From positions 128,001 through 192,000 of the forward strand of contig CAWETI010000003.1 in the NCBI GenBank assembly GCA_963812015.1: a stretch of DNA of 64,000 nt, given 5' to 3'. A program made the translations under genes and the position numbers. The stretch comes from an uncultured delta proteobacterium (lineage in GTDB: Bacteria; Desulfobacterota; Desulfobaccia; Desulfobaccales; 0-14-0-80-60-11). Below, one piece after another: positions 55,345-64,000 of this stretch (positions within the stretch are counted from its first letter, which is position 1; each line of letters starts with the position of its first letter). Under the pieces are notes generated by a model, which ran no database searches, was not told where the DNA came from, and saw only the letters and a program-made list of their open reading frames with translations.

Positions 55345-55579
55345 ATTATCTCCTCTCATTGGCAATTGCAGAGCAGGAAAGTTTTCCACAATACTGGCAA
55401 ACAAGTCGAACCCCTTACGAGTCAGAAGCTACGTATCCAGTATATTTCATCTTATCATATTTATCCGCCGGAATCCGAGACAAATTTACCTCTGGCGGCA
55501 GCCCGGCCGCCCGCCTGAAAGGAGCAGGTCTGGTTGGGCTTGTCTAGGCCCCAGGCCGGTTCCGGGGAGCCGGCTCCTC

Positions 55580-57460
55580 TCAGGGCTGGACAAAAACCTG
55601 GATTTTGGCCCGCCGGCGTTCTCCATCCAGCCAGGATGCCAGAATGAGCTGCTGCTTCTGTTGGAGCATCTGGGCTTGCAGGCGGCCCCGCTCCTTTTGA
55701 AATTCCTGGGCATCCGGCTCCCGCCGGGCCTTAAAGGCCAGCAGGTAATAGTTGTCTTGCCACCACAGGGGTTTCTCGGTATAGGGGTGTTGCTGGGACA
55801 GTTGAAAGGCGGCGCCGGTCAAAGACTCGGCCTCCCGCTGCTTGAGAAAACCCTGGAACCGGCTAAAAAAGCCGCTGTCCTTGACAGCCAGGTCGGCCCG
55901 AGCCGCCACCTGGGCCAGGGGCTTTCCTTGCCGCAGCTCTCCCAACAACCGGCCGGCTTCCTGTTCCGCTTGCTTCCGGGCCAACTGCTTGCTTAACGCC
56001 GCCTTCACCTGGTCTTTGATCTGGGCCAGGGGTGGCAGGTGGGCGGCCTGAAGTTCCACGCCTTTAAGGACGGCGAACCCCTCCTTCAGCTCCACCGCTT
56101 TGCTGATCTCCTGGGGCTTGAGGTGGAGGGCGGCCTGGTTGAAGGCGGGCTGCACTCCCAGCCCCGGAACGGCGTCTGACAGGGCGAAGAGCGGGGTCTC
56201 CTGGGGGGTCACCCCCAATTTCTGCGCCACCTGGGGCAGGGAGCCCCGGGACAACTCGTCCCGGGCCTGCTGGGCCGCGTTTCTGGCCAGTTGCCGGGCC
56301 TGCTCCTCTTTGAGACGCTGCTCCACCTGCTGGGTGGCGTCGGGGAGGCGCTCCGTTTCTTTGATTTCCTCCACCTTGATCAGGTAAATCCCCTGACTGG
56401 TGGCGGCCAAACCCATGGTCTCCGGTTTGAGGCCAAAGGCGACCTTATCCCATTCCGGGGGATGCTGGCCCCGCTGGACCAGGCCCAGTTCCCCGCCCTT
56501 ATCCCGGCTGGCGGGGTCCTGGGAGTTTGCCCGGGCCAGAGCGGCAAAATCCTCCCCCGCCCTGACCTTGCCAGCCAATTCCTGGGCTTTTCTGGCCACT
56601 TGCTGGTGATCGGCGTCCGTGGCCTTGGGGGGCAGGGTGAGCAGGATCTGTTGCGCCCGAATCACCCGGGTCTGGGTGTATTCGGCCTGGTGCTCCTTGA
56701 GGTAATCTTCCACGGCTGCGGGGGTGAGCTTGACCCGGTTGAGGTAATCCTTGGTCCGGAAGATCAGGTAGTTAACCCGGGCCCGGTCCGGCAGGCGAAA
56801 TTCCGCCTCGTTCTCCTGGTAGTAGCGGGCCATCGCCTCATCCGTGGGGTTTTCTTTGGCCAGGAACTTCTGGGGAGCCACCGCCAGGTAGTTGACGTCA
56901 ACCTCCTCGTTGGCCATCCGGAAGAGCTCCTGAAGTTCGCCGTCCGCCACCTTGGCAAAGGAGGTCACTTGCTGAACGACCTTGCGCAGGAGGAGCTGTT
57001 GGCGTTCCAGGGCCTCGAAATCCTGGGGGTTCAGGTGGTTCCGGGACAGGAGCCAGAGGTAGCGCTTCTCGTCGAATTTGCCGTCTTGCCGGAAGGCTGG
57101 GTAACTCTGGATCTGGTGCTGCAATTCGGCATCACTCACCTCCAGTCCCAGGCGCTGCCCGGCCTGGAGGAGGAGGGTTTCTTCGACGAGCTGCCCCAGG
57201 GCCATCTCTTTGAGCCGCAAGGCATTGACCATCTCGGGGGTCAGTTCGCCCCCGGACCGTTCCTGGTACTGCTTCACCAGGTCGCTGTAATGCCGCATGA
57301 ATTCGGTCATGGGGATGACGGTGCCGTTGACTTCGGCTGCCTCCTGGGAACGGGCCGATTTATAGGAGCCCACGCCCCAGAAAATGAAAACCACCACGAT
57401 GGCGCCGATGGCCAAGTAAATGAACCAGGAACGGGTAGATCTGCGCAACCATTGTAACAT
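55580..57460 (-). CDS. ppiD: PpiD-like peptidylprolyl isomerase (SurA N-terminal + rotamase)
   Basis: N-terminal TM, AEVNG, FAALARANSQD..S..KGGELG. Confidence 0.82.
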   Translation of the reverse strand: MLQWLRRSTRSWFIYLAIGAIVVVFIFWGVGSYKSARSQEAAEVNGTVIPMTEFMRHYSDLVKQYQERSGGELTPEMVNALRLKEMALGQLVEETLLLQAGQRLGLEVSDAELQHQIQSYPAFRQDGKFDEKRYLWLLSRNHLNPQDFEALERQQLLLRKVVQQVTSFAKVADGELQELFRMANEEVDVNYLAVAPQKFLAKENPTDEAMARYYQENEAEFRLPDRARVNYLIFRTKDYLNRVKLTPAAVEDYLKEHQAEYTQTRVIRAQQILLTLPPKATDADHQQVARKAQELAGKVRAGEDFAALARANSQDPASRDKGGELGLVQRGQHPPEWDKVAFGLKPETMGLAATSQGIYLIKVEEIKETERLPDATQQVEQRLKEEQARQLARNAAQQARDELSRGSLPQVAQKLGVTPQETPLFALSDAVPGLGVQPAFNQAALHLKPQEISKAVELKEGFAVLKGVELQAAHLPPLAQIKDQVKAALSKQLARKQAEQEAGRLLGELRQGKPLAQVAARADLAVKDSGFFSRFQGFLKQREAESLTGAAFQLSQQHPYTEKPLWWQDNYYLLAFKARREPDAQEFQKERGRLQAQMLQQKQQLILASWLDGERRRAKIQVFVQP

Positions 57461-57537
57461 GGGTTCGGGTTACCTCGATTTTTCTGATGTCAGCCGGTCT
57501 GCCTCCCCCGGGGGATGCGCCGCCGGGGCCGGGGCAG

Positions 57538-58257
57538 TTACCGGCTGGGTGCCTTGGGGGCTTCCTGCAACATCTTCTTGGCCTCTTTGGCTTCGGGGCT
57601 GTTGGGGTACGCCTTCACCAATTTGTTGAGCGTGCTCCGATAGGTGCTCATTTGCTGCTGGCTTTTATAACACAGGGCCTGGCGCAAGAGGCCGGCGGGA
57701 GCCAGGATGCTCTTGGGAAACTGAAGCCGCAACTTATTGAACTCCACACCCGCCTCACCGTACTTGCCCTCCTGGTAGAAGCTGTCCGCCAGGTAATAGC
57801 GGGCCTCCGGGGCCTTGGGGCCCTTGGGTTGGCTCTTCAGATATTGGTGGAGCTGGTTGCGGGCCTCGCCGTATTTCTTAGCATGATAGAAACTCATGCC
57901 CTCGGTAAAATTCTTTTCCGAGGCGGCGCTGGAGACCGCGGGCGTGGGCTTGGGAGAAGCCGAGGCGGACGGGGCCGGAAGGGGGCGCGGCTTGGCCGCC
58001 GCCGCGGGGGCTGCCGTGCGGCCTTCCAGTTCCGCCAGGCGACTCTCCATCTGCTGCACCTGGGCTTGGAGGTTTTGCACCTGCTGGGCCAGGTCCACCG
58101 GGGGAGCTTGGGCCTGGGTCGGCGCGGCCGCTCCGGGGGCGGTCTCGGCCGGCGGGGGCGGCATGTTGGTGCGCATGCCTGTAAAGTTGGAGCAGGCCGC
58201 CGGGAGCAGCAAAAGAACTCCCACCACCAGATACCGGATCACGCGTGCTTGCCTCAT
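57538..58257 (-). CDS. cpoB: Tol-Pal associated TPR lipoprotein, CpoB/YbgF-like
   Basis: Lipobox, coiled coil, TPRs ending YPNSPEA. Confidence 0.7.
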   Translation of the reverse strand: MRQARVIRYLVVGVLLLLPAACSNFTGMRTNMPPPPAETAPGAAAPTQAQAPPVDLAQQVQNLQAQVQQMESRLAELEGRTAAPAAAAKPRPLPAPSASASPKPTPAVSSAASEKNFTEGMSFYHAKKYGEARNQLHQYLKSQPKGPKAPEARYYLADSFYQEGKYGEAGVEFNKLRLQFPKSILAPAGLLRQALCYKSQQQMSTYRSTLNKLVKAYPNSPEAKEAKKMLQEAPKAPSR

Positions 58258-58423
58258 GGTCTTCCCTCCTGGATGGCTGGGGGCCCTGGGGCCCCATGGC
58301 CAGAGGGCCCCTGCCCGGCGCCGGCCATCCCCCTGGCTTATTTGCCTAAATGTTTCATAATATTATCTTCCGGCCACTCTTGTCAAGGAACGGTCGCACA
58401 GGGAGAGTATCAGTTTGAAATTC

Positions 58424-58454
58424 CCCCTTATGGTTAAAATTTAACCATAAGGGG
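58424..58454. repeat. Perfect palindrome with 15-bp arms
   Basis: CCCCTTATGGTTAAA-A-TTTAACCATAAGGGG. Confidence 0.75.
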
Positions 58455-58506
58455 ATAGGCGCACGAACTAGGTTTTGGGAGGGAACCGAAAAGCGGACCG
58501 GAAAAT

Positions 58507-58557
58507 TTGACAAACTTCGTTTTTTGTGAAATATTCAACAAACTCGTGTTTTTGTGA
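58507..58557 (+). promoter_or_regulatory. Tandem operator-like repeats overlapping a TTGACA box
   Basis: ACAAACTTCGTTTTTTGTGA (58510) and ACAAACTCGTGTTTTTGTGA (58538). Confidence 0.55.
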
Positions 58558-58716
58558 CAAGATGGAATTATCGTTCTGGATTTTTTTGCCGATTGACTAT
58601 ATAAAAAATCCTAAACTCAAAATTTGGGTAGATATTGACTGTTGCCTTTGGATGCTTAATTTTTGGTTGAAAAGGGTAGTGGGTTGATTTAAAATACACC
58701 CAGGATTGGAAAAATC

Positions 58717-58926
58717 ATGACTAATTTGTTTCTTTTCGCAAGCTTCGGTTTTTTCGAAGGAATAGGAAGGGTGGTTGATTTAACAGGCACCATGGTGGAC
58801 TATAATGGCTCGCCAACAATTGAAGAGGCTGATAATCGTGCTATAATTTCTGATTGGCAAACTGTAGGTGATGACTTAAGAAATGTCATGAATTCATATG
58901 CCAAAAACCAAAAAACCGAAGACTAG
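58717..58926 (+). CDS. Small hypothetical protein
   Basis: 69 aa, DNRAIISDWQTVGDDLR; overlaps the next gene. Confidence 0.6.
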   Translation: MTNLFLFASFGFFEGIGRVVDLTGTMVDYNGSPTIEEADNRAIISDWQTVGDDLRNVMNSYAKNQKTED

Positions 58927-59371
58927 AAAACCAAGGATTATTCTCCCCTCTGTGCCAAAGCGAAATTTTCCTTCAGCCCAAGTTACCCAAGTATCCGTTA
59001 GCCGCTCAGCTCCATTGCCCCATCCTTCAGAATTGGAAGGGTATGAAAACATATTGCCCGGTGCAGCCGAAAGAATTTTTGCTATGGTTGAAAACCAATC
59101 GACCCATAGGCAGGGATTGGAAAATAAAGCGCTATCTATAGAAGGCAGAAATAGTTTACTTGGGCTTATTGCAGGTGGATTTATAGGGGTTATCGGCCTT
59201 TGTATCGCGGGCTTTTGTATTTATGTCGGTCATGATAAGGCCGGTATGGCTTTGGGCGGGGGTACTTTAGTCGCTTTGGTAGGGCCATTTATTTACGGAA
59301 CTCGCCAGCGGCGCATTGAAAGAGAACAGAAATATCTTATAGGTCAAAATCAACTAAAGAAACAGCGATAA
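58898..59371 (+). CDS. DUF2335-like membrane protein
   Basis: SAPLPHPSELEGYENILPGAAERIFAM.E....HR followed by two TM helices. Confidence 0.75.
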   Translation: MPKTKKPKTRKPRIILPSVPKRNFPSAQVTQVSVSRSAPLPHPSELEGYENILPGAAERIFAMVENQSTHRQGLENKALSIEGRNSLLGLIAGGFIGVIGLCIAGFCIYVGHDKAGMALGGGTLVALVGPFIYGTRQRRIEREQKYLIGQNQLKKQR

Positions 59372-59675
59372 TTTATAGGTAGTATCCCTGTTGAACCACC
59401 TCATCATTTAAATTAATCCGCCAAAACCGCAATTTCTTTTAACGTCCAAACATGACCGGAAACCCCCCCCTCCATCGCCAGGGTCACTCTCAGTATCTGA
59501 ATGGATTCTGCCAAAATTATAATAGATGGATACAGGGATACGGTCTGCGCCAAGATATAACTTACAGTAATATATAAATATTATCCTCTATTTCTTCCTC
59601 CTTGCCCCCACCTGGCTTTTCAGGTTAATATGACGTTGAGGTTATTTCAACCAGGGGGGAAGCAAGGCGCGATCC

Positions 59676-62600
59676 ATGGCCCTTATAGAAAGCTCGGAAT
59701 TCGTCCACCTCCATGTCCACACCGCCTACAGCCTGCTGGACGGGGCCATCCGGGTCAAGGATCTCCTGGCCCAGGCCCAGGCCTTCGGCATGCCCGCGGT
59801 GGCCATGACCGATCACGGCTCCCTCTTTGGAATCCTGGATTTCTACCAGAAGGCCAAGGCCGTGGGGATCAAGCCCCTCCTGGGATGCGAGCTCTACGTC
59901 GCCCCCGGTTCCCGGCAGGAAAAGACCGGCAAGGGGGACAACCGCCACCTGGTGGTCCTGGCGGAAAACCTGGAGGGCTACCACAATCTCATCCGGCTGG
60001 TCACCCGGGCCCATCAGGAAGGCTTCTATTACCGCCCCCGGGTGGACAAGGAGCTGCTCCAGGAGCTGAACGGGGGTCTCATCGCCCTGTCCTCCTGCCT
60101 CCACGGGGTGGTGGCCCCGGAGCTCCTCAACGACGACCCCGGGGCCGCGGAAGCCAGCGCCCGGGAGTACGCCGAGATCTTCCCGGGGCGGTTCTACCTG
60201 GAGGTCCAGGCCAACAATCTGCCGGAGCAGCTCAAGGTCAACGCGGCCTTGCTTGAACTCGGCCCCCGGTGGCATCTTCCCGTGGTGGCCACCAACGACG
60301 TGCACTACTTGAAGCCGGAAGACGCCCGGGCCCACGACGTCCTCCTGTGCATCCAGACCGGCAAGACCGTCAACACCTCGGGACGCATGAAGTTTCAAAC
60401 GGACCAGCTCTACTTCAAGAGCCCTGAGGAGATGGCCCGGCTCTTCCCCTATCCCGAGGTCTTGGCGGCCTCGGGGGAGATTGCGGCCCGTTGCGATGTC
60501 AATTTGGAGCTGGGCACCTATCATTTCCCGGTCTACCCCGCCGCCGCCGGGGACAGCATGGAGGCCCTCATGACCCGGCAGGCCCGGGCCGGCCTGAAGG
60601 AGCGCCTGGCGGCCCCCTTAACCCATCCCCGGCCCCCGGAGGCCGACTACTGGCAGCGCCTGGAATACGAGACCGACATCCTGGTGAAGATGGGGTTTGC
60701 TGGTTACTTCCTGGTGGTGGCCGACATCATCGATTTTGCCCGGAAGCATCAGATTCCGGTGGGGCCCGGCCGGGGCTCCGCGGCCGGCAGTCTGGTGGCC
60801 TATGCCCTGAGGATCACCGACCTGGACCCCCTGGCCTACGGCCTCTTTTTCGAACGCTTCCTCAACCCCGAGAGAGTCAGCCCCCCTGACATCGACGTGG
60901 ACTTCTGCTACGAGCGCCGGGGGGAGATCATCGAATACGTGTCCAAGACCTACGGCTGGCCCAACGTGGCCCACATCACCACCTTCGGGAGCATGAAGAC
61001 CCGCCAGGTGATCCGGGACGTGGGCCGGGCCCTGGAAGTGCCGTACCCGGAAGTGGACAAGATCGCCAAGCTGGTGCCGGAAAAGCTCAACATCACCCTG
61101 GAGCAGTCCCTGGCCATGGAGCCGCGCCTGCGGGAACTCCGGGACACCAACCCCACGGTGGCCGACGTCCTCTCCGTGGCCGCAGTCCTGGAGGGCCTCC
61201 CCCGCCACGCCTCCACCCACGCCTCGGCGGTGGTCATCGCCGACCGGCCCCTCATCGACTACCTGCCCCTCTACAAGGGCAGCAAGGGGGAGCAGGTCAC
61301 CCAGTTCGACATGAAGGGGGTGGAGAAGGTAGGCCTGGTGAAGTTCGATTTCCTGGGCCTGCGCACCCTGACGGTGATCGACCAGGCGGTACGCCTGATT
61401 CGCCGGAATCATGTTCCCGACTTCGACATCCACACCATTCCCCTGGATGACCCGGCCACCTTTGCCCTCCTCCAGGCGGCCAACACCGCGGGGGTGTTTC
61501 AGTTGGAGAGTCCGGGCATGCGCTCCCTCATGGTGCGCCTCAAGTCCTCGGTTTTCGAAGATATCATCGCCCTGGTGGCCCTCTATCGCCCGGGGCCCAT
61601 GGAGAGCGGCATGCACGATGACTATGTGCGCCGCAAGCATGGCGAAAGCAAAGTGGAATACCCCCTGCCCCAACTGGAAACCATCCTCAAAGAGACCTAT
61701 GGGGTCATCCTCTACCAGGAACAGGTGATGCAGATCGCCGCGGTGGTGTCCGGCTTTTCCCTGGCGGAAGCCGATCTTCTTCGTCGGGCCATGGGCAAAA
61801 AGGACCCGGCGGTGATGGCAGCCCAGCGGGACCGGTTTATTTCCGGGGCCGCGGCCAACAACGTGCCCAAGGCCAAGGCGGCCGAGCTCTTTACCCTGAT
61901 TGAAAAGTTTGCGGGCTACGGCTTTAACAAATCTCACAGCGCCGCCTACGCCCTGGTGGCCTATCAGACCGCCTATCTCAAGGCCCATTACCCCTTGGAG
62001 TTTCTGGCGGCGTTGCTTAACAGCGAAATCAACAATACCGTCGCCCTGGCCAGACACATCATGGAGGCTCGGGATCAGGGCATCGAGCTTTTGCCCCCGG
62101 ACATCAACCGCGGCGACCGGGATTTCACCGTGGAGGACGGTAAGGTCCGGTATGGGCTGGCCGGGGTGAAGAATGTTGGGGTGGGGGCCATTCACGCCAT
62201 CCTGGACGCCCGGCGCACTGGCCGCTTCGAAAGTTTCCGGGACGTCCTGGAACGCATTAACCTGGGCAAGGTGAACCGCAAGGTCCTGGAAGCCCTCATC
62301 CAGGCTGGGGCGTTTGACAGCCTCCAGCCGCGGCGGTCCCGGCTCATGGCGGGGCTGGAAGGGGCCCTGGAAAAGGTCAACCACCAGAAGCGCCTCCAGG
62401 CCGCCAAGCAGATGTCCATGTTCGGGGGCCTTATGGAACCCCAGGAGGACGACTGGCTGCCGGAGGCCCAGCCGTGGGACAAATCCATCAAACTGGCCCG
62501 GGAAAAGGAGGCCCTGGGGGTTTATCTCACCGGCCACCCCCTGGATGCCTACCGGGCCCTGCTAAAGGCCCATTTCAGGGTTACCACGGCCGACCTGGCC

Positions 62601-63110
62601 GAGGCGCCCGACTCCCAGGAGGTGACCCTGGGGGTGGTGGTCACCGCTCTCAAGGAAAAGGTGAGCAAAAGAGGGGGGCGGCTGGCCATCCTCACGGTGG
62701 AGGACCTGGCCGGCAGCGTGGAAGTGCTGGTGTTCACCGAAGTCTATGAGCGGGTGGCCGCTCTGCTCCAGCAGCCCAGCCTGCCCCTGTGGCTCAAGGG
62801 GCACGTGGTCCAGGAAGAAAAGGGCCCCAAACTGGTGGCCCAGGAGATTGCCCCCCTGGAGACCGCCTTGCCGCGCCTGCCGGAGCGGCTGGACCTGCGT
62901 CTCCAGGCCGCCAGTCTGACCCGGGAGCAACTCCTGGAATTGAAAGAGATTCTGAGCCGGCATGCCGGCCCCGTTCCCGCCTTCCTTAACTTTCTCCACC
63001 CCCGGGAAGAGGCGACCCTGGCCCTCCCCAAAGAACTGGCCCTGACCCCGTCCCCCCAGTTGATCTCAGAAGTCAATCGGCTCTTCGGATACCCGGCCCT
63101 GAGCCTGTGA
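59676..63110 (+). CDS. dnaE: DNA polymerase III subunit alpha
   Basis: HLHVHTAYSLLDG, GRGSAAGS, PDIDVDF, KFDFLGL, GYGFNKSH. Confidence 0.98.
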   Translation: MALIESSEFVHLHVHTAYSLLDGAIRVKDLLAQAQAFGMPAVAMTDHGSLFGILDFYQKAKAVGIKPLLGCELYVAPGSRQEKTGKGDNRHLVVLAENLEGYHNLIRLVTRAHQEGFYYRPRVDKELLQELNGGLIALSSCLHGVVAPELLNDDPGAAEASAREYAEIFPGRFYLEVQANNLPEQLKVNAALLELGPRWHLPVVATNDVHYLKPEDARAHDVLLCIQTGKTVNTSGRMKFQTDQLYFKSPEEMARLFPYPEVLAASGEIAARCDVNLELGTYHFPVYPAAAGDSMEALMTRQARAGLKERLAAPLTHPRPPEADYWQRLEYETDILVKMGFAGYFLVVADIIDFARKHQIPVGPGRGSAAGSLVAYALRITDLDPLAYGLFFERFLNPERVSPPDIDVDFCYERRGEIIEYVSKTYGWPNVAHITTFGSMKTRQVIRDVGRALEVPYPEVDKIAKLVPEKLNITLEQSLAMEPRLRELRDTNPTVADVLSVAAVLEGLPRHASTHASAVVIADRPLIDYLPLYKGSKGEQVTQFDMKGVEKVGLVKFDFLGLRTLTVIDQAVRLIRRNHVPDFDIHTIPLDDPATFALLQAANTAGVFQLESPGMRSLMVRLKSSVFEDIIALVALYRPGPMESGMHDDYVRRKHGESKVEYPLPQLETILKETYGVILYQEQVMQIAAVVSGFSLAEADLLRRAMGKKDPAVMAAQRDRFISGAAANNVPKAKAAELFTLIEKFAGYGFNKSHSAAYALVAYQTAYLKAHYPLEFLAALLNSEINNTVALARHIMEARDQGIELLPPDINRGDRDFTVEDGKVRYGLAGVKNVGVGAIHAILDARRTGRFESFRDVLERINLGKVNRKVLEALIQAGAFDSLQPRRSRLMAGLEGALEKVNHQKRLQAAKQMSMFGGLMEPQEDDWLPEAQPWDKSIKLAREKEALGVYLTGHPLDAYRALLKAHFRVTTADLAEAPDSQEVTLGVVVTALKEKVSKRGGRLAILTVEDLAGSVEVLVFTEVYERVAALLQQPSLPLWLKGHVVQEEKGPKLVAQEIAPLETALPRLPERLDLRLQAASLTREQLLELKEILSRHAGPVPAFLNFLHPREEATLALPKELALTPSPQLISEVNRLFGYPALSL

Positions 63111-63209
63111 TCTCCGGTCCGGCAGGCGCGGCTGCCTCCCCGGCGGCCGGGCCGGTCCTTAATCCTCAGGGCTGGGGCTGGGGAGCCTTCCCATTAAGGA
63201 TGTCAGATC

Positions 63210-63998
63210 ATGTTCATGCTGAAAAAAATTGTGGCCCTCTTTTTTTACCCGCTGTCTCTAGGCCTGGAGATCCTGATCCTGGGGTTGTTCTGCCTCTGGG
63301 CCACCAGAAGAGCCCGGTTGGGAAAGGCCCTGGTGACCCTGGGGACTGTGCTCCTGCTCCTGTCGAGTTTGCCTTTCCTCTCTTCAAGGTTGTTGATCCC
63401 CCTGGAACGCCGCTATCCGGCTCTCTTACATCCTGAACAGGTCTTCAGGGAAAATCAAACCAGTGAGACTTCTCCCAGGTGGATTGTGGTGCTGGGGGGC
63501 GGGCACGTGTCGAACCCCAGCCGGCCGCCTAACAGTCAAATCAGCGGGGCAACTCTCAGTCGCGTGGTTGAAGGGGTGCGACTGCACAAGGCCATTCCGG
63601 GCAGCAAGCTGTTGTTATCCGGCGGGAGAGTCTTCGATCCCGTGCCGGAAGCCGAGGTGATGGCGCAGACTGCCGTGCTCCTGGGGGTAAAGCCTCAGGA
63701 TATCATGCTGGAGGCAGACTCCCGGGATACCGCGGCGGAAGCCGAAATTATCGCCAAAATGTTGGGCCGGGAAAAATTTATTCTGGTGACCTCTGCCGCC
63801 CATATGCCCCGGTCCCTGGCCTTGTTCAACCGACGCGGCCTGAACCCAATTCCGGCCCCCACCGATTATCTGGCCCGGGAAGGGCCGACCTCTGGCCTGG
63901 GCAGTTATTTGCCCGGAATCGGCTCCCTGGGGTGGACTCAAACCGCGGTGCATGAGTACCTAGGTCTGGCCTGGTCCTGGTTGCGTGGGGAGATCTAA
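63210..63998 (+). CDS. YdcF/ElyC (DUF218) family envelope protein
   Basis: IVVLGGG, LSGG, SRDT, LVTSAAHMPRS, HEYLGL. Confidence 0.85.
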   Translation: MFMLKKIVALFFYPLSLGLEILILGLFCLWATRRARLGKALVTLGTVLLLLSSLPFLSSRLLIPLERRYPALLHPEQVFRENQTSETSPRWIVVLGGGHVSNPSRPPNSQISGATLSRVVEGVRLHKAIPGSKLLLSGGRVFDPVPEAEVMAQTAVLLGVKPQDIMLEADSRDTAAEAEIIAKMLGREKFILVTSAAHMPRSLALFNRRGLNPIPAPTDYLAREGPTSGLGSYLPGIGSLGWTQTAVHEYLGLAWSWLRGEI

Positions 63999-64000
63999 AG

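Noticed and set aside
60618..62537. 639-aa antisense ORF (likewise 8597..10171, 16130..17449, 50086..51387)
   Set aside because: Shadow frames opposite well-supported GC-rich genes, with no recognisable motifs
59676..63110. Intein or split in dnaE
   Set aside because: Normal length (1144 aa), continuous motifs, no intein signatures seen

Overview
A GC-rich bacterial chromosomal segment. The gene order (xerC-hslVU-argBDFGH-lysA-dapFAB, argS-SPOR, proA-nadD-rsfS) and a PEP-CTERM-type gene suggest a deltaproteobacterium (Desulfobacca-like); this is inference only. Most of the window is housekeeping: arginine and lysine (DapL) synthesis, HslUV, XerC, MurB, Alr, PurE, ArgS, BepA, PpiD, CpoB and DnaE. 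Three things stand out. (1) Several short AT-rich islets lie between core genes with no mobility gene: a toxin-antitoxin-SecB-like chaperone (TAC) triad, a stand-alone GHKL ATPase/PD-(D/E)xK nuclease fusion, a DUF2335 gene pair behind tandem operator-like repeats, and an SGNH hydrolase paralog. (2) There is a dense set of small palindromic repeat families. A ~140-bp three-hairpin element is apparently translated in frame inside two proteins, and GTAG-type REP-like units plus heptamer inverted repeats form a nested bracket around hslV. (3) Individual oddities include a PolX lacking catalytic aspartates, tandem SdpI-like/zinc-ribbon genes inside the arg operon, and candidate structured RNAs. I saw no tRNA, rRNA, CRISPR array or transposase. 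All calls come from reading motifs by eye; no searches were run.
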